Shown one piece after another: positions 8,895-16,653 of a DNA stretch of 29,901 bases (positions are counted from its first letter, which is position 1; every line of letters begins with the position of its first letter). Under the pieces are notes generated by a model that saw nothing but the letters and a program-made list of their open reading frames with translations, made no database searches and was not told the origin of the DNA. Origin of the DNA: a virus (Duplodnaviria > Caudoviricetes); the IMG/VR virus record IMGVR_UViG_3300015370_000037, positions 1-29,901 of that record; one strand, 5' to 3'. Both the position numbers and the translations under genes were made by a program.

Positions 8895-9388
8895 TAGCGA
8901 AAAAAGATAGTAAAATTGTTGATGTAATAGATTTACCTGTTACTTCAACAGCTCCCGTATCAGAAAAGAACTATAAGCCATTTTTAGAGATTACCGAGCC
9001 GTCGGTGGTGGTTGATCCGTTCGAAGTCAAGAACTGGCCCGGTCAATATGAGAAGCACTGGTGTTTAGAGAAGAAAGTTTCTCATGGCAGGAAAGGCGAC
9101 TGGGTAGTAGTTGACAGAACCCACCCCGATTTCAAAGGCATCGAAGTTCCAATAGACCAATCGCCAGACCAGACGTTTATCAGGTATATGGATGTTATTC
9201 TTTGTTGTATGAGAAAAGAAACGGCAATAAAGAAGCGAGACGCCCTAAATGCCAAGGTTAAAAACAAAACCGAGGCTGTTACCAATAAATATCGGGCTGG
9301 TGTAGGAAAACTTGCAAAGGCTACCGGGGCAGGCGGAAGCCGCCGCGAGGCCATGCAAGTTATGGATACAATAGAAAAGGAGGAGTAA
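8891..9388 (+). CDS. Conserved head-module hypothetical protein
   Basis: SD AGGAGG; ATGA overlap; DVILCCM.KE motif seen in pre-capsid genes. Confidence 0.7.
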   Translation: MIAKKDSKIVDVIDLPVTSTAPVSEKNYKPFLEITEPSVVVDPFEVKNWPGQYEKHWCLEKKVSHGRKGDWVVVDRTHPDFKGIEVPIDQSPDQTFIRYMDVILCCMRKETAIKKRDALNAKVKNKTEAVTNKYRAGVGKLAKATGAGGSRREAMQVMDTIEKEE

Positions 9389-9391
9389 AAC

Positions 9392-9895
9392 ATGGCTAAT
9401 ACAGATAGAGCCAATGGATTTGCTGTCGTCCAGGATTACTGGGGCGACATATCTTCCATTGCTCACGAATGGCCACTAACCGCTGGCGAAACGATCGCTA
9501 AAGGCGATGTGGTTTATTTAACATCAGCAGGAAGGGTTTCCATTGCTACTGCTACTACCGCGAATAGAATTTTAGGTGTAGCGGCAACTTCTTGCGCAAG
9601 CGCAACGGTAGGCGACCCGATTCTGGTTTATGACAACCCGAAACAAGTTTTTTCGGGCCAAAGCGTAAGCGGCGCGCTCGCTGACCCATACACAACTGGC
9701 TCTGAGGCAAGCTGCTTTGATCTAGTGGCAACGACTGGCGGAATGTATGTTAATTCCGCGGCCAGCACGTATGACGTTTTCAAGGTAGTGGGATTTGGTG
9801 TTGAGCCGGACGGTTCAGCGTCAGCAGTAGGCGCTTACCAGAAACAGCTTGTGATGTTTAATCCCGCAGTCCATATCTTTGGAACGACAGCATAA
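9392..9895 (+). CDS. Capsid decoration/cement protein
   Basis: MANTD.ANGF start, IAKGDVV, ILGVA, VYDNP motifs; immediately upstream of the MCP. Confidence 0.75.
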   Translation: MANTDRANGFAVVQDYWGDISSIAHEWPLTAGETIAKGDVVYLTSAGRVSIATATTANRILGVAATSCASATVGDPILVYDNPKQVFSGQSVSGALADPYTTGSEASCFDLVATTGGMYVNSAASTYDVFKVVGFGVEPDGSASAVGAYQKQLVMFNPAVHIFGTTA

Positions 9896-9912
9896 AGGAG
9901 GTGTAATATAAA

Positions 9913-10812
9913 ATGACAGCATTAAGAAGTGGATTTTCAGATTTACTTGCGCCAGGATTGTCTGAAGTAGTTGCGGCATCTTATAAGCAGTATCCCGATG
10001 AATACACAAAGATATTCAATGTGGAAACTTCTGAAAGGAAATATGAGACTACAACGACAATCGAAGGCCTGCCGATCGCGCCTGTTAAAACGGAAGGCAC
10101 ATCGGTTACTTATAATGACCTGACCCAAGGTTACGACAAGAATCATACACATATTACCTACGGAGAAGGTTTTAGGGTTTCCAGGGAAATGTATGATGAC
10201 GATCTGTATGGCATTATGAAGCGCGCGGCGGCATATCTTGGCCGAGCCATTAAGCAGAGAACCGAAGTAGGTGCGGCCAATGTGTTCAACAATGGCTGGC
10301 AAACTGGTGCGGCTTATCTTGGCCCGGACGGTATAGAGCTTTTCTCAAGGGTTCATCCTTGGGCCAGAGGCGGAACTGCCGTTAATGAGCCAGCCAGTCC
10401 GGTTGATCTATCTTTAGCTTCCTTAGAAGCTGGTATTACAGCTATCGAGACTTTGACTGAAGCATCGGGTTCCCCAGTTCAGTTAATTGTCAAGACGCTG
10501 TTAGTGCCTGCTAATCTAAGATGGGAAGCCTCGGTATTGCTTGAGTCTCAGTATGAGCCGGGCAATGCCAATAATGATAAGAACCCAATCACAAATTTAG
10601 ATTTGTCTTGGACGATCAATCATTATCTCACCGACACAGACGCATGGTTCTTGCTGGCGGAGGGTAACGAGTTGAAGTTCTACATGAGACAGAAACCTGT
10701 CTTTGAGAATGACGACGACTTCGACACCAAGGACGCTAAGTTTACTTGCACGACCCGATTTGCTACTGGCTGGGCTGACTGGCCGGGAACATACGGCTCG
10801 CCAGGAGTCTAA
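9913..10812 (+). CDS. Major capsid protein (HK97 fold, Mu gpT-like family)
   Basis: LLAPGL, EG..V.Y, GPDG..LFS..HP, LLVP..L, YLTDTDAWFL, GWADW.G.YGSPG; strong SD AAAGGAGGTG. Confidence 0.92.
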   Translation: MTALRSGFSDLLAPGLSEVVAASYKQYPDEYTKIFNVETSERKYETTTTIEGLPIAPVKTEGTSVTYNDLTQGYDKNHTHITYGEGFRVSREMYDDDLYGIMKRAAAYLGRAIKQRTEVGAANVFNNGWQTGAAYLGPDGIELFSRVHPWARGGTAVNEPASPVDLSLASLEAGITAIETLTEASGSPVQLIVKTLLVPANLRWEASVLLESQYEPGNANNDKNPITNLDLSWTINHYLTDTDAWFLLAEGNELKFYMRQKPVFENDDDFDTKDAKFTCTTRFATGWADWPGTYGSPGV

Positions 10813-10828
10813 TAAAGGAGGAGTAAAA

Positions 10829-11806
10829 ATGAAAAGATTTGTTTTGATAGCACTAGCACTCCTCCTAGCGGTTGGAGTGGCTAACGCCAAGCTGACCAAT
10901 TTTCCTAACGGCGTATCCAGCTTTGGCGTGCCGGTGCTTGGCGGGGGAAATATTACGACTACCGGCAAATTCTTTTTTGTTAGTAGTGCCACTGGTTCAG
11001 ATAGCAATGATGGTTTAAGCACGGATTATCCATTTGCGACCATTGAATATGCTATCGAAAACCATGTAACTGCCAGCAAGGGAGATGTTATTCTGGTTAT
11101 GCCGGGACATACAGAGACACTAACGTCTACTGTAACGCTTTCCGCCGATGATGTTTCTATCATTGGTCTTGGACCTACACCTGGTTGTTCTCTAATAACA
11201 ACTGCTACGGCAGATATTGATATGTTCAATATTACAGGTGATGATTGTCTGATCGAAAACTTGTCGTTTTCCAATACTGGCACTTTGACATCAACATTTG
11301 AAATGATTGATGTTGATGCTAGTAGGGTTATGATTAAAAATTGCAAGTTTGATTTGGGCAACAAAGACAAGGTTGAAGGTGTTAATTTGGCAGCTGCTGA
11401 AGTTGACAACGTAATTACAGAGTGTCAATTCATTAGCCCAGATACCATTGAAGCCTGCGTAGTTTTTGGTGGTGCAAGAACGAAGATCATTGACAACCAC
11501 TTTGATCTATCAGTTGATACTGGCGGAAAGGCTATGCGACAGGAAGGCACAGCCCAGAACGGTATTGTTATTGCCTACAATTCGTTTCTTGCTGGCAATG
11601 CCGTTGGAGCTAGACCTGCTGATTATTTAATCACTTGGCAGTCAACTCCAGGCAGAGGCCACGCAATTATCCGAAACTGGGTAACTTGTTATAGTGCTTC
11701 TACCGAAGCATTTGGCGCGTCAGATGCAGACCTGGATTATTCGTTTGTCGAGAATTATAACGGGCAGACGGATGGTAGCACGGTAGTCCTTGATCCTAGT
11801 CCCTAA
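10829..11806 (+). CDS. Right-handed beta-helix (pectin-lyase-like) virion-associated protein with signal peptide
   Basis: Real start is ATG 10829 (SD AAGGAGG); SP MKRFVLIALALLLAVGVANA; FFVSS..GSDSNDG.S...PFATI..AI, GDVILVMPGH.E, repeated I.NC.F rungs. Confidence 0.85.
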   Translation: MKRFVLIALALLLAVGVANAKLTNFPNGVSSFGVPVLGGGNITTTGKFFFVSSATGSDSNDGLSTDYPFATIEYAIENHVTASKGDVILVMPGHTETLTSTVTLSADDVSIIGLGPTPGCSLITTATADIDMFNITGDDCLIENLSFSNTGTLTSTFEMIDVDASRVMIKNCKFDLGNKDKVEGVNLAAAEVDNVITECQFISPDTIEACVVFGGARTKIIDNHFDLSVDTGGKAMRQEGTAQNGIVIAYNSFLAGNAVGARPADYLITWQSTPGRGHAIIRNWVTCYSASTEAFGASDADLDYSFVENYNGQTDGSTVVLDPSP

Positions 11807-11815
11807 TGTTTTGAT

Positions 11816-11846
11816 AAGGGGGGCTTAACCGCCCCTCTTTCCTTTA
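11816..11846 (+). terminator. Putative intrinsic terminator
   Basis: 9-bp stem AAGGGGGGC/GCCCCTCTT (one G-U), 6-nt loop, followed by TCCTTT. Confidence 0.65.
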
Positions 11847-11861
11847 AGGAGGATATAATTT

Positions 11862-12065
11862 ATGGCTAAGAAATATAGATGGTTTGCTAACAAAAAAGTT
11901 GAAGACGCAATAGCAAATCTTGGTGCGGAAAAAGAAGATATTGAAGAAGGCCAAAAGATTTTTGATGGTATGACTTATATGTCTTACGAAGTAGATGATA
12001 ACAAGCCTGAAGAAGAAGTTGAAGAAGCTCCTAAAAAAAGGGGTCCGAAGCCTAAAAGGAAATAA
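11862..12065 (+). CDS. Small protein, acidic body with basic KKRGPKPKRK tail
   Basis: SD AAGGAGG; pattern common after phage capsid genes. Confidence 0.75.
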   Translation: MAKKYRWFANKKVEDAIANLGAEKEDIEEGQKIFDGMTYMSYEVDDNKPEEEVEEAPKKRGPKPKRK

Positions 12066-12680
12066 ATGGCAGAGATAGTCATACCAACTGACTATGCGTG
12101 GTCAACCTGGACGTTATCTGATGTTACCGATAACACGACCAGTATCAGCTTAACGTCTGGGAAGACTACCGGCACGGCAACCTCGCCAAGTGCGGGGTAT
12201 GATGCCACATCCGGCAATCGGCATTACAAGATAGCCTGGACGGAGGAAGATGGCTATGGCATTTCAGGAGAAGCCAGAACTGCGGACACGTCAGCCGGGA
12301 TAGCTTCAGCCACATGGTTTGATATACGCAATGGTTCTACTTATTTAGTAGAAAATCGCAAAAGGTTTATGCAGGTCAGGTTTACTTTCACAGTAAACGC
12401 AGACGCAACGCTGCCGAAGATTTTAACATTGACTATGACTTATAACGATGTCCCGTTAAACCAGTATGATAATGACGGATTCAACTATTCTGCCGAAGGC
12501 GCACGACCTACAAAGGACGGCAAATTCGCTGGACGTTATTATCAATGCTCTATAACGGGATTAAAATTAAGGAGGCATCAAATGGTTAAACAGCGAGGAA
12601 AATTGGTAAGCCGGGAATACGCTTATGATGTTCCTCAAAAACAATGGGCTGGAACAGAAAAATATATAGGAGGTTATTAG
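12066..12680 (+). CDS. Putative structural protein (beta-sandwich plus degenerate Zn-knuckle-like C-terminus)
   Basis: Thr/Ser-rich beta N-part ending RFMQVRFTF...PKI; C-part QCSITG...RGKLVS...DVPQ. Confidence 0.65.
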   Translation: MAEIVIPTDYAWSTWTLSDVTDNTTSISLTSGKTTGTATSPSAGYDATSGNRHYKIAWTEEDGYGISGEARTADTSAGIASATWFDIRNGSTYLVENRKRFMQVRFTFTVNADATLPKILTLTMTYNDVPLNQYDNDGFNYSAEGARPTKDGKFAGRYYQCSITGLKLRRHQMVKQRGKLVSREYAYDVPQKQWAGTEKYIGGY

Positions 12681-12681
12681 A

Positions 12682-13023
12682 ATGAAAAGATTGCTGGTTT
12701 TGATGATAGTTTTAGGGTTGGCTGGAATGCCTTGTATTGCGGGAACGACATTGGCTAAAAATTTGTATGTATCAGGGCCAACGGCTTTGACGACTGCTGA
12801 TGCAACAGTTACGTTTCCGATAGGAACCCAAGCGTTCACAATAATAAATTATGACACTACTAACACGCTAGAGGTTACTTATAATACACAGACATTTGAA
12901 GTTTCTCCTGTGGTCGGATCGTCAATTTCGTTTGACGACTGCGATTTCGGAAGTATTACCTGGACTGCCAAGGGAACTTCGGGAGAGACGATTAACGCAG
13001 CCTTAGTCATAGCGATTTACTAA
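12682..13023 (+). CDS. Small beta-rich protein with signal peptide
   Basis: SP MKRLLVLMIVLGLAGMPCIA; SD AGGAGG. Confidence 0.75.
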   Translation: MKRLLVLMIVLGLAGMPCIAGTTLAKNLYVSGPTALTTADATVTFPIGTQAFTIINYDTTNTLEVTYNTQTFEVSPVVGSSISFDDCDFGSITWTAKGTSGETINAALVIAIY

Positions 13024-13037
13024 GAGGGAGGAATTAA

Positions 13038-13796
13038 ATGAAAAGATATTTGATTGCAGGGTTATTGTGTTTGATATTAGCATTTAGCGTATTTGCGACT
13101 GGCATTGAAATAGGCGGCGGAGTATCAAAGTTTACGGCTGATGACACTTACGTTCCTTATACCGGGGCGGATAAGGCGGTCAATTTAGGAAGCCAGACGT
13201 TGACTACGACCGGCACGGCTTCGTTTGGGGCAACAACGGTAATTGGCAATACCCTTACGACTGGCAACATAACCACAACTGGTTCGATAGGGGCTGGAAA
13301 CATCGGCACTACCAATTTGGTTGTAGGAAGCATTATAACCGGGGAGAGTGATCTTAGGCTGCAAGGCAATCAGGAATATATCGGTGGTGCGACAATTACA
13401 ACCGATACCGGGAGCTTGACATTTACACCCGGTGGTCAGGCAACGGTAACCATCAACAATGCTTTGGTAGTTGGAAACAGCTTTGAGGCCACACCATCAG
13501 CCATTACCAGCGTATCATCTGCCGGCGGGATAACCGTTACAGCCCATAATATGAGGGTAACAGGCGAAGCGGCTGGAATTGATATAACTGCTAATCCACA
13601 AATAGCAGATGGGGCAAACGGTGAAATAGTCAGGTTGTGGTTTGAGAGCGACACCAATACGATCAAGCTTGATGATGGAACAGGCTTGCAGTTAGCCGGA
13701 GGGCAAAGTTTTACAGGAGGATTAGGGGATTACATCGAGCTGACATATTTTAGTGATGTTGATGTTTGGAGGGAATGTTCGCGTTCGGATAATTAA
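13038..13796 (+). CDS. Tail-fibre/spike-like protein with signal peptide
   Basis: SP MKRYLIAGLLCLILAFSVFA; YVPYTGA...VNLG fibre motif; G/T-rich repeats (TTGNITTTG); C-terminal beta domain ending WRECSR. Confidence 0.75.
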   Translation: MKRYLIAGLLCLILAFSVFATGIEIGGGVSKFTADDTYVPYTGADKAVNLGSQTLTTTGTASFGATTVIGNTLTTGNITTTGSIGAGNIGTTNLVVGSIITGESDLRLQGNQEYIGGATITTDTGSLTFTPGGQATVTINNALVVGNSFEATPSAITSVSSAGGITVTAHNMRVTGEAAGIDITANPQIADGANGEIVRLWFESDTNTIKLDDGTGLQLAGGQSFTGGLGDYIELTYFSDVDVWRECSRSDN

Positions 13797-13808
13797 AAGG
13801 AGGATAAT

Positions 13809-15014
13809 ATGAAAAAGATTTCAGGTTTATTTTTAGGGTTGATTGCTTCATTGTTTCTGATAACCGCTGGCGTAGCAGTTGATCTTGGCCACGGACAGCC
13901 TGAATATATCAAAGGCAACACGATTTTTGTATCAGACCAGCAACTGCTCGGCTCAACCTTCCCCAACACTACCACGCTTTATGTTTGGAACATTGACAGC
14001 GACGCAAGCGAAGCACAGGTTGATATTGTTGGCTCAAAATCATTGGCAGTTGCGGCAGGTGCATTAACCGCAGGCAATGATGTTTTGGGCGTTAGCAAAT
14101 ACTGTGTTTGGTCAGGCGGTAATACGTATTTACAAAGCACGGACACCGATTTTAATGTTGCAAACACAGCTAATACAGACGATTTTATGACTGGCGGGTG
14201 GGTGTATATCCCTGATTACACTCCTGCGGCTAGAGTGGCGTTATTTAGTAATAGTTCTGACGGTGCGGCTCACGGCTATTCGGTGGAACTATCTACGGCT
14301 GGTGTTTTATCCTCAAACCTTTGGGGAGCGACTGACGCCGCTACTTCTTACTCTCTGGCGGCTATTGGCTACTACCATGTGATTATGGCGAGGGAAGTGG
14401 GCGTGAGGCAAAAGTTATATGTGAACGGAAACCTTGTTGCAACTGGCGCAGACACAACGGTTGGGACTACACAATCGCTATTTCAGTTGGGGGGTTTTAA
14501 TTCGGCAACCAGTTCACCCGAAGCCGGAACACGCTACGACGAGTGTTTCTTCAAGAAAGGCGAACTGCCAACTAATCTTGATGATGTGGTGCGCGAAATC
14601 TACGTACGGTCAGCCAAGAAGTTTGCTGTAAAAGACGGCAATGATAATGTTGTTATCCCTGCCAATGTATCAAGCGGGGTTTATACGCCAGTAGCAGTTT
14701 CAGGAAGTCATGTTAATGTGGCAGCAGCAACTTTATATGCAAGCTCATGGAGCAGGGTGGGAAATGTTGTTACTTGTTGTATAAATGTAGATATTGACCC
14801 AACAGCCGCAGTGCCAACAGCAACTGCGTTTGCTTTTACACTACCTATTGCTTGCACTTCAACTCCTACGCTTATAGGTTCAGCTTCTTCTAATGATTAC
14901 ACTCAGGAAGGTGCTGTTAAGGCTATTAACGCCACTACGGCAGCCATTTATTACAAAGCCGTGAACGCTGGAAATGCTGGTTGGGGTGGTATTTATCAAT
15001 ATGTTGTCAATTAA
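13809..15014 (+). CDS. LamG/concanavalin-A-like fibre or receptor-binding protein with signal peptide
   Basis: SP MKKISGLFLGLIASLFLITAGVA; DFMTGGWV, YHV, KLYVNG, FQLG, YDE LamG motifs; C-terminal GVYTP...WSRVGNVVT...FTLP tail-fibre beta-sandwich. Confidence 0.8.
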   Translation: MKKISGLFLGLIASLFLITAGVAVDLGHGQPEYIKGNTIFVSDQQLLGSTFPNTTTLYVWNIDSDASEAQVDIVGSKSLAVAAGALTAGNDVLGVSKYCVWSGGNTYLQSTDTDFNVANTANTDDFMTGGWVYIPDYTPAARVALFSNSSDGAAHGYSVELSTAGVLSSNLWGATDAATSYSLAAIGYYHVIMAREVGVRQKLYVNGNLVATGADTTVGTTQSLFQLGGFNSATSSPEAGTRYDECFFKKGELPTNLDDVVREIYVRSAKKFAVKDGNDNVVIPANVSSGVYTPVAVSGSHVNVAAATLYASSWSRVGNVVTCCINVDIDPTAAVPTATAFAFTLPIACTSTPTLIGSASSNDYTQEGAVKAINATTAAIYYKAVNAGNAGWGGIYQYVVN

Positions 15015-15026
15015 GGAGGTAAAAAC

Positions 15027-15332
15027 ATGAAAAAGATTTTAGCAGTATTCATTGGAATAGGATTGGTTTTGGGATATGTTTTGGCAATAGATAGCATGGC
15101 AAAAAATATTACGGTAATAACAGAAAAGACTTACAATGCTTGGAAGGATTCCCCCTATTTAATCAAATTCATTTTTCCAGCTATTTCCAAGGAAGCGACA
15201 ACAACTTGGGCAACAAAGCCATCACAGAATGCGATTGAAGCAGAAGCAAAAAGGCTTTTTGATATGATAAAGATTGTGGATGATGGCACAGGTTTTGCGG
15301 AACCGGCAAAAGAAATCACTATTGAAAAATGA
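15027..15332 (+). CDS. Hypothetical protein with signal peptide/anchor
   Basis: MKKILAVFIGIGLVLGYVLA; SD AAGGAGGT; follows the fibre gene (fibre-chaperone position). Confidence 0.7.
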   Translation: MKKILAVFIGIGLVLGYVLAIDSMAKNITVITEKTYNAWKDSPYLIKFIFPAISKEATTTWATKPSQNAIEAEAKRLFDMIKIVDDGTGFAEPAKEITIEK

Positions 15333-15616
15333 AAAGATTAGTAACTATATTTTTGTTAATTGCTTTGGCAATGCCAACTTTGGCTAACCCTAAAGACTGG
15401 TTTGATGGTCAAGCTGACAAGATAGGTCATAGCCTGGCCGGTGCAACGGTTGCAGGGCTGTCCTGGAAGCATAAGGCAACCGTGGAAGGGGCGTTATTCA
15501 ACACTCTTTTGGTGGGTTATGCCAAAGAGGAATTTGACCAAAGGTTCGGAGGCAAATGGGACGGCTGGGATTTACTGGCAACCGTGATAGGCGGTGCTTT
15601 ATTCTTGGCCTTATAA
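15329..15616 (+). CDS. YfiM/DUF2279-like membrane protein with signal peptide
   Basis: DKIGH..AG...KE..D....D.WDLLAT..G motif; SP MKRLVTIFLLIALAMPTLA. Confidence 0.7.
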   Translation: MKRLVTIFLLIALAMPTLANPKDWFDGQADKIGHSLAGATVAGLSWKHKATVEGALFNTLLVGYAKEEFDQRFGGKWDGWDLLATVIGGALFLAL

Positions 15617-15699
15617 TAAAGACGTATTTGTTAATTTGTGTGGTTAGCTTTGCTATCTTTGGGGTTATAATAGCTATCCTTAGAAAAAGGGAGATATAA
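15616..15699 (+). CDS. Candidate 27-aa single-TM peptide (ATA at the start position)
   Basis: IKTYLLICVVSFAIFGVIIAILRKREI*; fills the gap exactly; not in the ORF track. Confidence 0.4.
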   Translation: MKTYLLICVVSFAIFGVIIAILRKREI

Positions 15700-15702
15700 A
15701 AC

Positions 15703-16653
15703 ATGATTTTATTGGACGCATATAATCAGCTTGGTAGAAGGACAGGATTAGACCCGGACATAACCGCCGACCAGGATAAAATGCGGGACGGTATGGAAGA
15801 AGCCCTAAAGCAGATTTACCGCAGGACCAAGCTGATAGCCTTGAAGACTGACGCGACGCTGACGCTTGTGGCTGACACTTATTTCTACTATTTAGACCAC
15901 AGGTATTTATACGGCTTGAATTTTACCGAGAACCTTTCAACGGATTCGTCAGATCGGGGCGTAATGCTTGATGTTCGCAGTAAGCAATGGTTTGACAGGA
16001 ATTATCCCAATCCTGATACAAGCGATACTGGCAAGCCGGAGATGATCGTTCCCATGTATAAGGTTTGGGTATCAGCACAGCCAACAGCAGCTTCGGTGTT
16101 GGCGGTTGTTTCTAGCACGGCAGATACAGAAACAGTAAGAGTTAGAGGCTTGGTTTCTGGTGTTGAGGTAGTGGAAAGCGTAACGCTGACAGGCACAACT
16201 GCGGCCAATACATCAAATACCTATGACGCGAATGGCGTAATTTCAATAACCAAAAAGACTACAACTGGCACAATAACCGTAACTTCAAATTCAGCGGCAG
16301 TTACGAACATATCTTTATTGCCTACGGAAAAAGGCAAGACCCATTGGAAAGTTAGGGTTCATAAAGTGCCTGACGCGGCGTATTCTATCCCTTATACATT
16401 CTTCAGGACGCCTTGGGATTTTTCAGGTTCGGAGTCTGACAGAATACCTTTTGACGAAACCTTTGATGACGCTTTTATTCTGCTTGCAACGGCTATCCTG
16501 CAAAAGATGGATAACAAAGACCAATGGAAAGACAACTGGACTCTGGCTATGGGTATGATCGAGGAAGTAAAGGACAACAATTACTTTAGTGTAGACGAAG
16601 ACGCGACAATGGGTTTAATTGAATTAGATACCGGGAGCGAATGGTGGCATTAA
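15703..16653 (+). CDS. Head-tail adaptor / tail tubular protein A-like
   Basis: Helical N- and C-termini, L.....YYL, TGKP, VPDAAY.I.Y.F, D.IP motifs; Ser/Thr-rich insert at ~16066-16332; no signal peptide. Confidence 0.8.
   Translation: MILLDAYNQLGRRTGLDPDITADQDKMRDGMEEALKQIYRRTKLIALKTDATLTLVADTYFYYLDHRYLYGLNFTENLSTDSSDRGVMLDVRSKQWFDRNYPNPDTSDTGKPEMIVPMYKVWVSAQPTAASVLAVVSSTADTETVRVRGLVSGVEVVESVTLTGTTAANTSNTYDANGVISITKKTTTGTITVTSNSAAVTNISLLPTEKGKTHWKVRVHKVPDAAYSIPYTFFRTPWDFSGSESDRIPFDETFDDAFILLATAILQKMDNKDQWKDNWTLAMGMIEEVKDNNYFSVDEDATMGLIELDTGSEWWH

Noticed and set aside
10688-10828. Open +1 frame overlapping the capsid 3' end (ORF track start 10703), suggesting a T7 10B-like capsid extension
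   Set aside because: No recognisable shifty site near the capsid stop (GTC TAA TAA). The downstream gene has its own strong SD and a signal peptide that would end up internal.
11801-11830. CCC TAA, a known +1 frameshift motif, at the end of the beta-helix gene
   Set aside because: The +1 frame stops within 8 codons inside the terminator hairpin.
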